Of a stretch of DNA of 64,000 nucleotides, positions 40,333 to 50,117 are shown piece by piece. The notes beneath the pieces were generated by a model. It made no database searches. It was not told the origin of the DNA and was given only the letters and a program-made list of their open reading frames with translations. The stretch comes from Candidatus Omnitrophota bacterium (lineage in GTDB: Bacteria; Omnitrophota; Gorgyraeia; Gygaellales; Profunditerraquicolaceae). The stretch covers positions 139,800 through 203,799 of the forward strand of contig JAOAET010000051.1 in assembly GCA_026416665.1 (NCBI GenBank), in the 5' to 3' direction. A program made the position numbers and the translations under genes. Each line of letters begins with the position of its first letter. Positions within the stretch are counted from its first letter, which is position 1.

Positions 40333-42525
40333 TTATTTTACAAAGAGCATCTCACGGTATTTTGGTAAAGGCCAGAGATGGTCAGGCACAACTTTTTCTA
40401 ATTCATCAACATGTTTTCTGATATGTTCCATTGCTGGCTTTAGCTTATTAAAAAACACTGCAGCTCTCTTCTCTGGACTTAGTGATTCACTATCCTTTAC
40501 CAATTCTATCATCTCCTTAGTATTATGCCGTACGTAGTAGATTTTATTTACTATATCTAAAAGCTGTTCCTGGTGATCCTTAAGGGCTTTATTATCAATC
40601 TTCAAAGAACGCCCCGATGACAAAGACTTAAGTTTCTCGTAACTATTTAAAAGAAGATTCTCATACTCTAACGCTGCAGGAATAATTGAAGTATCAACCA
40701 TATCTTCTAAAGTATAGGCCTCTATCTCAAGTAACTTTGAATACATCTCAACCCAGATATGGTATCGTGCAGTCAATTCTTCTCTGGAAAACACTTTGTA
40801 TCGTTCAAAGAGAGCGATATTTTCTTCCTTTATTAGTGCCTTTAAAGCCTCAGCAGTAGAAACAATATTGGGTAAACCTCTTTTTTTCGCCTCCTGCTTC
40901 CACTGTTCAGAATAATTATTTCCTTCAAAACGAATTGGCTTGGTTTGTTTAACAATATCGGAAACTACACTAAGGACAGCTGAATTAAAATCCTGCTTTG
41001 AAGCCTTCTCTGCAATGCTGTTTGTCACATACTCTAGGGATTCTGCAATAATGGTATTTAGAAAAGTCACAGGTGTTGAGATGTTCTGTGATGACCCAAC
41101 TGCACGGAACTCGAATTTAGAACCCGTAAAAGCAAAAGGTGAAGTTCGGTTCCTATCTGTGGTATCTTTTGCAAACTGAGGTAGTCTGCCTATCCCAAGG
41201 TCAATAATATCCTTCCTTGAGACAGCTGCCTTCTTACCTTCCTCAATCATATCTAAAACTTTACTCAACTGTTCTCCCAGAAAAATACTAATAATTGCGG
41301 GTGGTGCTTCATTGGCACCAAGACGGTGCTCATTACCCGCGAAGGCGACACTGGCACGAATTACATCAGCATGTAAGTATACTGCCCTCAATACCGCAGA
41401 AAGAAAAGCTAAGAACTGTAAGTTCTCCTCAGGGGTTTCACCTGGATTAAGTAAGTTATTACCCTTATCATCTGCTAGTGACCAGTTAAGATGTTTTCCG
41501 CTACCGTTTATACCTGCAAATGGTTTTTCATGAAGCAAACACACTAAATCGTGTCTTAAAGCAATTTTGCGCATTAATTCCATTAAAAGCTGATTGTGGT
41601 CAGCTGCTAAGTTGGATTCTTCAAATACGGGAGCAAACTCATACTGATGAGGAGCAACTTCATTATGACGGGTCATAAGAGGAATCCCAACTTTATAAGC
41701 CTCCTGAGCCACTTCGTACATAAAGTTAAGCACTCGTTCTTTTATTGAGCCGAAATATTGGTCCTCTAATTGTTGCCCCTTAGGCGATGCTGCTCCCACT
41801 AATGTGCGACCAGTCAACAGTAGGTCAGGACGCAAAAGATAATATTTTCTATCAATTAGAAAATACTCTTGTTCAGGTCCACAAGTTGAAACAACTTTGC
41901 GAACATCATTATGCCCAAAAATTTTTAGTAAACTAATTGCTGCTTTACTTAAAGCCTCTTCAGAACGAAGAAGTGGCAATTTTTTATCCAGTGCCTCTCC
42001 ATGATAAGAAATAAAAATACTAGGTATACATAAGGTCTTACCGAGTTTGCTTTCTATAAGAAAGGCAGGGCTAGAAGGATCCCAAGCCGTATATCCCCGT
42101 GCTTCAAAGGTAGAACGAATACCTCCTGAAGGAAAACTTGAAGCATCAGGTTCACCTTGAATGAGCTTTGAACCAGAGAAACGTTCGATCACTTTGGCAT
42201 GACCAATTGGAGAAATAAAACTATCGTGCTTCTCAGCAGTTAACCCAGTCATCGGTTGGAACCAATGGGTATAATAAGTTGCCCCTTTGGCAATAGCCCA
42301 TTCCTTCATCGCAGCTGCTATCTCATCTGCTTCAGCACGACTAATCACCTTGCCCTCGGTTAACCAACGTTGAAAAGCAGCAAAAGTCCGCGCAGAAACC
42401 ATCTTCTCCATTACTTCTTGACTGAACGTATTTTCCCCAAAATAGCTACTTACCTTCTTATAATCTGTCTTTTCACCCAACATAACAGGTTTTACCTTTA
42501 ACAATACAGCCTCTCTTATTCTCAT
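40333..42525 (-). CDS. glnA: Glutamine synthetase type III
   Basis: 730 aa; THWFQPMTGLTAEKHD, GEPDASSFPSGG, HEKPFAGINGSGKH, DRNRTSPFAFTG. Confidence 0.95.
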   Translation of the reverse strand: MRIREAVLLKVKPVMLGEKTDYKKVSSYFGENTFSQEVMEKMVSARTFAAFQRWLTEGKVISRAEADEIAAAMKEWAIAKGATYYTHWFQPMTGLTAEKHDSFISPIGHAKVIERFSGSKLIQGEPDASSFPSGGIRSTFEARGYTAWDPSSPAFLIESKLGKTLCIPSIFISYHGEALDKKLPLLRSEEALSKAAISLLKIFGHNDVRKVVSTCGPEQEYFLIDRKYYLLRPDLLLTGRTLVGAASPKGQQLEDQYFGSIKERVLNFMYEVAQEAYKVGIPLMTRHNEVAPHQYEFAPVFEESNLAADHNQLLMELMRKIALRHDLVCLLHEKPFAGINGSGKHLNWSLADDKGNNLLNPGETPEENLQFLAFLSAVLRAVYLHADVIRASVAFAGNEHRLGANEAPPAIISIFLGEQLSKVLDMIEEGKKAAVSRKDIIDLGIGRLPQFAKDTTDRNRTSPFAFTGSKFEFRAVGSSQNISTPVTFLNTIIAESLEYVTNSIAEKASKQDFNSAVLSVVSDIVKQTKPIRFEGNNYSEQWKQEAKKRGLPNIVSTAEALKALIKEENIALFERYKVFSREELTARYHIWVEMYSKLLEIEAYTLEDMVDTSIIPAALEYENLLLNSYEKLKSLSSGRSLKIDNKALKDHQEQLLDIVNKIYYVRHNTKEMIELVKDSESLSPEKRAAVFFNKLKPAMEHIRKHVDELEKVVPDHLWPLPKYREMLFVK

Positions 42526-42541
42526 TTTAAGCCCCCTTGAT

Positions 42542-42618
42542 AAAAAAGGTGTTCAGAAGAGAATTATTCTCTTTTGAACACCCCTGTCCAACCTCGTTAG
42601 CCTAACACAACCGTGTGT
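42542..42618 (-). promoter_or_regulatory. glnA leader: dual ANTAR-like hairpins plus terminator
   Basis: ACAC-ACGGTT-GTGT, then GGAC-AGGGGT-GTTC overlapping GGTGTTCA..AGAGAAT/ATTCTCT..TGAACACC-TTTTTT. Confidence 0.75.
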
Positions 42619-42631
42619 AGCTACCATTAGT

Positions 42632-42661
42632 TACAAGTAAAAAAAGTTTTAAACTGGTAAC
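42632..42661 (-). promoter_or_regulatory. Putative alternative-sigma promoter, copy 2
   Basis: GTTACCAGTTTAAAACTTTTTTTACTTGTA; matches 26547-26576. Confidence 0.6.
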
Positions 42662-42735
42662 TATTTTTTTCTAAAGAATTATTTATTGCTTGTTTTTTGT
42701 TGACTGTTTTAAACTTTCACGATAGATTAATTACG

Positions 42736-44052
42736 ATGCTTGTAGCTATCCGTAGATTGTATAATTCTGTAACCAAAAAAGAGCGTAAGATATTATTAGA
42801 GAACTTTTTTTCCCTAACTACCCTGCAAGGAATAAGCTACATTCTACCTGTTCTTGTTCTGCCATATCTTATCCGCACTATCGGTCCAGAGCGTTTTGGT
42901 CTTATTGCCTTTGCCCAATCATTGATGCAATACTTTATGATTATTACTGAGTATGGCTTTAATGTTACTGCCACCCGCCAAATCGCTCTTTGCCAGCAAA
43001 AACAACAACAAGTCTGTAATATTTTTTCTGGGGTAATGACTATAAAGATTATCCTCCTTTGTTTGTGTTTTTTTATTCTAATTCTGCTTATTAAGTTTGT
43101 TCCCCGTTTCACAAGAGACTGGCAAGTTTATTGTATCAGCTTCGGCACAGTGGTAGGCAACACTTTATTCCCTGTCTGGTTTTACCAAGGAAAAGAAAAT
43201 ATGCGTTATATTGCCGTTTTAAATATTATCTCAGGATTAGTTTTAGTTCTGGGTATTTTTATTTTTGTAAAAGACCCTTCTGGCTTTATTATTGCTGTTT
43301 TCTTGCAGTCAGCTATCTCTATAATTATAGGTTTATACGCACTTATCTTTGCATTTCGTAAATTTAATCTTTATTTTACTGTACAGACTTACCCGCAGTT
43401 AAAAAACCAGCTTAAAGAAGGCTGGCAAATCTTCTCTTCAATTATTGCAGTTAACGCCTATACTACTAGTCGTATTTTTATTCTTGGCTTTTTAACTAAC
43501 AACACAATTACTGGCTATTATGCAGTAGCTGAACGTATTGCATACTGCATCCAAACTTTTCCTCTGCAATCTTTTATCCAAGCCGTATTCCCACGCCTTA
43601 GCCACATATTTCAAAAAAATAAAAAACGTGCCTTTAGTCTTCTCTCCAAGATGCATACCACTACTATCCAGGGCTTTCTAATTAGTCTACCACTTATTTT
43701 TTTAATCTCAGGCTGGATGATTGAGTTAGTCACAGGTTACCGCTCTCAGATAGCTAATGCCAGTCTTCAAATTTTACTCTTAGCTGTGGCTGTTGTAGGC
43801 TTTAATTCCTTTCGTCTTCAATATCTTTTAATTGCCAATAGAACTCAAATCTATGCCCAAATACATTATACCATGGCTTTATTAGGAGTGTTTTTAATCT
43901 TTATCTGGACATATCTTTTTTCATATATTGGCACTGCCATTGCAACGGTGTTTATTGAAATAGGGATATTTTTGCTTACCGCTGAAGCCCTTAAGGAAGA
44001 GAGACAACAACAAGTTTACTCATCAAACACTAAAGCGTTATTTACTTTTTAG
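42736..44052 (+). CDS. Wzx-like oligosaccharide flippase
   Basis: LLENFFSL..LQ..SYILP..LPYLIRT.G.E.FG, EYGFN..ATR, FPVWFYQGKE; many TMs. Start moved to ATG 42736, just after a TTGACT-N17-TAGATT promoter. Confidence 0.85.
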   Translation: MLVAIRRLYNSVTKKERKILLENFFSLTTLQGISYILPVLVLPYLIRTIGPERFGLIAFAQSLMQYFMIITEYGFNVTATRQIALCQQKQQQVCNIFSGVMTIKIILLCLCFFILILLIKFVPRFTRDWQVYCISFGTVVGNTLFPVWFYQGKENMRYIAVLNIISGLVLVLGIFIFVKDPSGFIIAVFLQSAISIIIGLYALIFAFRKFNLYFTVQTYPQLKNQLKEGWQIFSSIIAVNAYTTSRIFILGFLTNNTITGYYAVAERIAYCIQTFPLQSFIQAVFPRLSHIFQKNKKRAFSLLSKMHTTTIQGFLISLPLIFLISGWMIELVTGYRSQIANASLQILLLAVAVVGFNSFRLQYLLIANRTQIYAQIHYTMALLGVFLIFIWTYLFSYIGTAIATVFIEIGIFLLTAEALKEERQQQVYSSNTKALFTF

Positions 44053-45339
44053 TAAAATGTCTTCAGATCTTTTATCAGAAGCTAACAATGAGGAACAAGC
44101 TTCTTGATAAACCTTTAAAGCCTCAGGAAACGGTGAAAGGGTTCGTTCAAGGACATTCTGCAGAGCCGAAACAGCAATTCCGTAATTAGTAATAGGTACT
44201 TTTTGTGTCTTTGCTTTATGAATACGCCAAAGCATCTCACGCCGGGTAATCATACAACCGCCACAATGGATAATTAATTTGTAAACAGAAAGGTCATCAG
44301 GATAATCTCTTCCTGCACAGGTCTCAATAATTATATTTTTACCTGTTCTCATACGCAACCAACGTGGTATCTTTACTCTTCCTATATCATCTTCAATAGG
44401 ATGATGGCTACAAGACTCGGCAATAAGAACACGGTCATTATCTTCTAAAGCATGGATTTGGGCAGCACCACGGGCTAACTCTATTAAATCACCTTTTGCG
44501 CGAGCAAAAAGAATAGAAAAAGTTGTACACGCCACAGAAGCAGGTGTGTCACGCACCATCTGGTCTACTACTTGAGAATCACAAACCACCAGATTAGGAT
44601 ACTCTTTTAATTTCTTAAGTAAACTTATATATTCTACCTCGTTAACTACTACAGCTGCCTGATGATGGTCAAGTAAATCCCTAATGGTCTGAACCTGTGG
44701 CAAAATAATCCTTCCTTTTGGTGCTTCTTTATCAATAGGAACAATCAAAACCGCCAACCCCTGGGATGGAATGATGTCTCCTATAATAGGTGGTGGTCGA
44801 AAATAATCTTCAGGACATACTTCTAAAAGATGCTTTTTAAGAGGATTAACATAATTATCCCGATTCTTGTAATCAAGGCTTGATACCAAAATAAAACGTT
44901 TTACTTTTTCTTCCACTAACCGTAAAAAGTCCTCCGATGGTGGATTAACATCAATCTTATTAATTACTACAATAACTGGCAAAGAACGCTTTTTTGCCTC
45001 TTCCAGAACCTCGGACTCATATTCATTCCACTGATTTGCCTCTGTTACCAAAATAATCACATCTGCACGGTCAAATACCTTCTGCGTCTTTTTAATACGA
45101 AGTGACCCCAAAATAGAGCGGTCATCTAAACCTGCTGTATCTAAAAATACTACTGGACCAACAGGGAGAAGCTCCATTGTCTTTTCTACAACATCCGTAG
45201 TTGTCCCTGGCACAGGTGAAGTAATCGCTACATCTTGCCCAGCCACTAAATTAAGAAAACTTGACTTTCCTACGTTAGTTCTTCCAAATATTCCTATTTG
45301 TAATCTCAACGATTTAGGCGTCTTTTTCATTACACCCAC
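44038..45339 (-). CDS. hydF: [FeFe]-hydrogenase maturation GTPase HydF
   Basis: GRTNVGKSS, GTTTD, DTAG, NKID, CSHH...HCGGC. Confidence 0.95.
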   Translation of the reverse strand: MGVMKKTPKSLRLQIGIFGRTNVGKSSFLNLVAGQDVAITSPVPGTTTDVVEKTMELLPVGPVVFLDTAGLDDRSILGSLRIKKTQKVFDRADVIILVTEANQWNEYESEVLEEAKKRSLPVIVVINKIDVNPPSEDFLRLVEEKVKRFILVSSLDYKNRDNYVNPLKKHLLEVCPEDYFRPPPIIGDIIPSQGLAVLIVPIDKEAPKGRIILPQVQTIRDLLDHHQAAVVVNEVEYISLLKKLKEYPNLVVCDSQVVDQMVRDTPASVACTTFSILFARAKGDLIELARGAAQIHALEDNDRVLIAESCSHHPIEDDIGRVKIPRWLRMRTGKNIIIETCAGRDYPDDLSVYKLIIHCGGCMITRREMLWRIHKAKTQKVPITNYGIAVSALQNVLERTLSPFPEALKVYQEACSSLLASDKRSEDILLKSK

Positions 45340-46283
45340 TCCTTGTTAGTTAAATTCAGTAAACTTTTTATCTGCGTGAAAGTAAGAGAATTTTTATGGT
45401 CATAAATCTTATAATTTTTACGGTAATTTGCCGGTGTGAAATTGCACATAATCACATTTGCCCCTGCCTTAAATGCCTCAATAACTGCTTTTTTTTGTCC
45501 AAGTGTAGCTAACGCAGTGGTTGCGGGAATATTTATTTTTCCAAGAAGAATACGCGTTAAAGCAATAACCTGATAAACCAGCAGAACATTTGGCGAAGGA
45601 TAATTGGCTAAAGGGGTCTGACTTTGCGCAAAAAAAGGTCCTACTGCCGCCATATCTACAGCTAAATTTTTCATAAGTAAGATGTCTTCAGCTAAATCTT
45701 CTGGTGTCTGGCCTGGTAAACCTATAATGTTTCCTGAACCTATCTGATAACCTATTTTTTTTAAAAAAAGCAGTGTCTTTATTCTCTGCTTTAATTTCTG
45801 TGAAGGATGTAAATATGCATAAAGCTTAGAATTAGCTGTTTCATGCTTAAGTAAGTATCTATCCGCTCCACTATCCCTTAAACAACGATATTCATCAAAA
45901 GACCTTTCTCCAATAGATAAGGTAATTGCAACCGCTGGAGCCCTTTTTTTTATCAGCTTAATAACTTTTGCCAAATCTTTAGCTTTTATACCAGGGTCGT
46001 CACCAGACTGAAGGATTACTGTTTTTATGCCTTTCTCTATAATTTTCTGTGCTGTTTTATCTATCTCCGACATACTCATTCTGTAACGTTTAAGTTTAGA
46101 ATTATCACGCCTTAAACCACAATAAAGACAGTTGCGAATACAGATATTAGAAAACTCAATAACACCTCTTAAATAAATCTCCCTGTCAAAATACATCCTA
46201 GTTAATTGTTCGGACTTGTGGATAAGTGATGAATATCGTTGTATATGAGTAAGACAATCTACTATTTCAGACTTGTTCATCAT
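45330..46283 (-). CDS. hydE: [FeFe]-hydrogenase radical SAM maturase HydE
   Basis: RGVIEFSNICIRNCLYCGLR, GADRYLLKHET, IPATTAL, YKIY. Confidence 0.9.
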   Translation of the reverse strand: MMNKSEIVDCLTHIQRYSSLIHKSEQLTRMYFDREIYLRGVIEFSNICIRNCLYCGLRRDNSKLKRYRMSMSEIDKTAQKIIEKGIKTVILQSGDDPGIKAKDLAKVIKLIKKRAPAVAITLSIGERSFDEYRCLRDSGADRYLLKHETANSKLYAYLHPSQKLKQRIKTLLFLKKIGYQIGSGNIIGLPGQTPEDLAEDILLMKNLAVDMAAVGPFFAQSQTPLANYPSPNVLLVYQVIALTRILLGKINIPATTALATLGQKKAVIEAFKAGANVIMCNFTPANYRKNYKIYDHKNSLTFTQIKSLLNLTNKEWV

Positions 46284-46319
46284 TTAAGTTAAATTTAAAT
46301 TACGATTAACCTAGTTAAA

Positions 46320-47813
46320 TTAAAACCAGAGGTCACGTTCTCCTCTTTTAATTCTCTCTAAATATCCCAAAAATGCCTGATACAACTGCAAAGGAAAATC
46401 CTTTGGTCTTGTCCTAATTTCTTCTATTTCTCTAGCAATCAATGCCTCACCGATTTTTTTTGTTTCAAAACTTGCAAAATCTTCTAACCACTCCTGAAAG
46501 GTAAGCACTGCGTTTAACTTGCAGAAGCAACCTTCCTTACCACTACGCAAGAGATTCATAATGGTATCCCCTGTTCTTCCACAACGATACCCTGCAGTGC
46601 AAAAAGAGGTAATATAACCTAAATCTGCCAATTCCCTAATTACCTCATCCAGAGAACGACTATCTCCTAGGATAAACTGTTGTCGGAGTGGTTGCTGTTT
46701 AGTAAGACTCTGTGAATAGGAACCAACCCCTATTCGAGATGAGGCATCACGTTGAGTACACATTCCAATAACCGAACGAATAAATTCTGCTTTTTCACGA
46801 CAGGTGATAATAAGTCCTGCGTAAGGGATAGATAATCGCAAAACCGCAATAAGTTTTCTAAAGTCTTCATCCTTTACTCTATACGGTGGATTATTACAAA
46901 AAGGTGTATTAATCGCTGGTTCAATTCTCGGCACAGACACAGTGTGTGGCCCAACGCCAAAACACCTTTCTAAATCCCGTGCCTGAGCAAGCATACCCAA
47001 TACTTCATATCTCCAGTCATATAAACCAAACAGAGCCCCTATTGCCACATCATCAATTCCTGCTTCCATTGCCCGATGAAGCGAATAAAGCCTCCAGCGA
47101 TAATTTCCTTTAATAGTATCAGCAGGATGTAACTTTTCATAAGTTGATCTATGATATGTCTCTTGGAATACTTGATATGTCCCAATTCCTGCTTTTTTTA
47201 AAAGATATAAGTCCTGAATACTCATTGGTGCGGCATTAACATTTACTCTACGAATCTGCCCTATGCCGTTTCTTACTTTTATCTTAACACTATAAATTGT
47301 ACGCAGACTTTCACAAATATAGTTTATGTTGGTAAGTGGATGTTCTCCAAAAACCGCAATTACACGCTTATGACCTATGGTACCCGCTATTCTCTCTGTC
47401 TCTTGACGAATTTCTTCTTGGGTTAAAAACTTGCGTTGGATTTGGTGATTCTCTTTTCGGAAACCACAGTAAATACAGTTATTCACACAGAGATTAGAAA
47501 TATAAAGAGGGGCAAAGGTAACAATACGGTTATCGTAAACTTTTTTCTTAATTTCTTGGGCTGCTTCAAAAATTCTCTGCCAGATATCTTGCTCTGATAC
47601 CGCCATAAGAGAAGCTGCTTCTTCTAACTCCAAGGTTTGTATACTTCTTGCCTTCTCAATAATTTGTGAAATATACCCTCTGTCAGGTGGTTTTAGATTA
47701 GCTAAAATTTCTTCAATATTTGCCTTGGCTACAAAATCTTTTCCTTGGACGAGATATTTATTAACCTGTTCAGGTATGATAATTTTTTCTAAACTTATTT
47801 CTGTGTTAATCAT
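46320..47813 (-). CDS. hydG: [FeFe]-hydrogenase radical SAM maturase HydG
   Basis: FAPLYISNLCVNNCIYCGF, FQETYH, GPHTVSVPR, C-terminal CX5CX19C. Confidence 0.95.
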   Translation of the reverse strand: MINTEISLEKIIIPEQVNKYLVQGKDFVAKANIEEILANLKPPDRGYISQIIEKARSIQTLELEEAASLMAVSEQDIWQRIFEAAQEIKKKVYDNRIVTFAPLYISNLCVNNCIYCGFRKENHQIQRKFLTQEEIRQETERIAGTIGHKRVIAVFGEHPLTNINYICESLRTIYSVKIKVRNGIGQIRRVNVNAAPMSIQDLYLLKKAGIGTYQVFQETYHRSTYEKLHPADTIKGNYRWRLYSLHRAMEAGIDDVAIGALFGLYDWRYEVLGMLAQARDLERCFGVGPHTVSVPRIEPAINTPFCNNPPYRVKDEDFRKLIAVLRLSIPYAGLIITCREKAEFIRSVIGMCTQRDASSRIGVGSYSQSLTKQQPLRQQFILGDSRSLDEVIRELADLGYITSFCTAGYRCGRTGDTIMNLLRSGKEGCFCKLNAVLTFQEWLEDFASFETKKIGEALIAREIEEIRTRPKDFPLQLYQAFLGYLERIKRGERDLWF

Positions 47814-47831
47814 AACTACTCCTTAAATATC

Positions 47832-48083
47832 TTACATTTTCGCAGGTGTAGATTTCACAGTTACTTCCTTACACATGCCTAATTTCCCGGTTAAAGCACC
47901 TATTTCATCATTTGTCCCATCAACAATTAAGGTAATAATATTTACCCTACGAGCTTGGTAAGGAAAACCCATCCGTGCAACAATAATATCTCCGAATTCC
48001 GTTAAAATACTATTTATCTTAGGTGCTGCCTCCTTTCGCTTTCTGACCACAATAAGCACTGCCGCAATGTGTCTTTCTGACAT
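47832..48083 (-). CDS. TM1266-family iron-only hydrogenase system putative regulator
   Basis: IN.ILTEFG..IVARMGFPY...IGALTGKLG...V.VK; first gene of the hydG-E-F unit. Confidence 0.85.
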   Translation of the reverse strand: MSERHIAAVLIVVRKRKEAAPKINSILTEFGDIIVARMGFPYQARRVNIITLIVDGTNDEIGALTGKLGMCKEVTVKSTPAKM

Positions 48084-48099
48084 AATCTCCTCCTTTAAA

Positions 48100-48199
48100 A
48101 CAAAAATACCCTCGCCTGAAGTTACAACGAGGGTAAAACAATACTTCTTTTTTTCTTTTCCCCCTCGGCCTCAGAATCGGCTCCTTAACCTCAGGTTAA
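48100..48199 (-). promoter_or_regulatory. Attenuator-like leader (terminator/antiterminator) and palindrome before the maturase operon
   Basis: Terminator TACCCTCG...CGAGGGTA-TTTTT; upstream CGAGGG can pair with its 5' arm; TTAACCT-G-AGGTTAA palindrome just after TG-C-TATAAT. Confidence 0.6.
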
Positions 48200-48258
48200 A
48201 AATATTATAGCATAAAAATTTTATTTATGAATAAAAAGTTTTCAAACTTCTTTCAGAG

Positions 48259-48621
48259 CTAATGGCTTCTGCCACGAATTTTGTAACCTTTCTTTCTTAG
48301 GGCATCGGTTTTTGCTTTAGAGCAGTCCATACATAAGAAGACTGGTACGGCATTGCGCCGGTCATAAGAAGGGGCATAAACAAGTCTCCATAGGCTTTCT
48401 TCTTTACCACAGGCATCACAGGTTCCTTTATCCTTAAATTGCCAGACTTCTATGGCATAACTGGTAAAAATAAACCGGTCAACCCAAAAGAAAATTACTC
48501 CACCAATAAGATTGGCAATAACCGTGGACCAAATGCCTGTTCCTAAATTTCTTACTACTAACCATAAAATCGGTGTGCTTAATTGCCAACGAACAAGATA
48601 AAGAATAAAACGCCTTACCAT
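48259..48621 (-). CDS. Hypothetical membrane protein with C-terminal CxxC...CxxC
   Basis: Hydrophobic N-half, then CDAC and CMDC; AAGGAG RBS. Confidence 0.65.
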   Translation of the reverse strand: MVRRFILYLVRWQLSTPILWLVVRNLGTGIWSTVIANLIGGVIFFWVDRFIFTSYAIEVWQFKDKGTCDACGKEESLWRLVYAPSYDRRNAVPVFLCMDCSKAKTDALRKKGYKIRGRSH

Positions 48622-48672
48622 CTTTTATTTCTCCTTTTTTTAAAAAAATATACTGTTCATTAAAAGTTAAAA

Positions 48673-49281
48673 TTATTGAATATTTATTTTTCTTGCCTTT
48701 AACAGATAAAGCTTTTTTTGATTTCTATAACAGAGAACCTGAAAACCTGTTTTTGCAAGCATATTATAAAGTTTTCTTTTGGAAGGAAGTCTATCATTAA
48801 AAACAGGCCCACCTGCACGTTTATGAATACTGGCAATCTTTCTTGAAGAGGCAGTGTGGCTTATAATTAAATATCCCCCCACCTTCAACACCCGCCCCGC
48901 TTCTTTTAAAGCACTTAGTTTATCTTTAAAATGTGGAAAGCTTGAAAAATAAATTACTCGGTCAAAATAACCTGCCTTAAAAGGTAAATTCGCTGCGTCT
49001 GCAACAAAAAAGTTTTTCCGATAACGCTGGAATTTTCTTTTGGCATATTCAATCATACAAGAAGAAGCATCCACCGCTAATACCCTGCCTTTTTTGCCTA
49101 CTCTCTTTGTTAATATACCAAACATATTGCCTGTTCCACAACCAACCTCTAGGATTTTTTCACCTTTTCTAATACCGTATAAGCTACTGTGCCTTAAAAG
49201 CATATTAAGATAATCTTTGCTATTGTGTTTTATATCCCAACTATGGGCAAGCTTATTAAAAAAAACTATTTTTTTATACAT
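48673..49281 (-). CDS. Class I SAM-dependent methyltransferase
   Basis: ILEVGCGTG, ADAANLPF...FD, RVLKVGG. Confidence 0.88.
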   Translation of the reverse strand: MYKKIVFFNKLAHSWDIKHNSKDYLNMLLRHSSLYGIRKGEKILEVGCGTGNMFGILTKRVGKKGRVLAVDASSCMIEYAKRKFQRYRKNFFVADAANLPFKAGYFDRVIYFSSFPHFKDKLSALKEAGRVLKVGGYLIISHTASSRKIASIHKRAGGPVFNDRLPSKRKLYNMLAKTGFQVLCYRNQKKLYLLKARKINIQ

Positions 49282-50117
49282 TATATACTTTCCTTTAAAA
49301 GAAATATCTTTTTAAGAAAACCTTTCTTAGGAGAGAAAATTAATGATAGCATAAAAATAATACTGGAGACCAGAATGATCATTGCACCTGTAGGTAAATT
49401 CCAATGATATGATAATAGAAGTCCCAATAGACAAGAGCCAACACCTATAACAACTGCTACAATGCAAACTCTGGAAAAGGTATAACAAAGTTGAAGTGCG
49501 CTTGCTGCCGGATTAATCAGTAGGCTAAATATCAAAAGCCCACCGATACTACTCATATTTGCAGTAATTACCAGGGAACATAAAATAATAATTGTATAAT
49601 AAATAAACCGTTCTGGAATTCCCAAAGAATTTGCAACCTGTCGATTAAAAAGAACAACTTTTATTTGTTTAAATAAAAATACTAAAAAAAGCAGAACCAA
49701 TAAGCTTGTTATAGCCATAATCAGAAGTTGTGTCCGGTTAATTGTTAAGATACTACCCCACATTAACGAAAGCGCCTCTGTCTTTGCGCCAGGAATATTT
49801 GCCAAAAATAAAAAGGCCAAACCCAGCATAAGAGAAAAGAGAATCCCTACACTAATCTCCGGCCTAAAATTTGCTTTATCTGCCAGGGGCCCAATTATAA
49901 AAGTAACGATTGCACAAAATAAATAAGCCATCCATAAGGGATTAATCCCTAACACTATACCACATATTGCCCCAGCAAATGCAGCGTGAGAAATAGCTAC
50001 CCCCAGAAAAGGGATCTGTAACGTCACCACTAATACACCGACCAAAGAACAGCCTATACCTGCCAAAATACTTCCCCAAAAGGCATAGCGAAGAAATGAA
50101 TATTCAAGTAACTGCAT
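49281..50117 (-). CDS. ZnuB/MntB-type metal ABC permease
   Basis: AISHAAFAG, LMWGSIL, LLINPAASA, LPTGAMIIL. Confidence 0.9.
   Translation of the reverse strand: MQLLEYSFLRYAFWGSILAGIGCSLVGVLVVTLQIPFLGVAISHAAFAGAICGIVLGINPLWMAYLFCAIVTFIIGPLADKANFRPEISVGILFSLMLGLAFLFLANIPGAKTEALSLMWGSILTINRTQLLIMAITSLLVLLFLVFLFKQIKVVLFNRQVANSLGIPERFIYYTIIILCSLVITANMSSIGGLLIFSLLINPAASALQLCYTFSRVCIVAVVIGVGSCLLGLLLSYHWNLPTGAMIILVSSIIFMLSLIFSPKKGFLKKIFLLKESI

Noticed and set aside
46520-46605. HydG apparently missing a Cys of the CX2CX22C auxiliary-cluster motif
   Set aside because: It has the known alternative CX5CX19C motif, so it is not a defect
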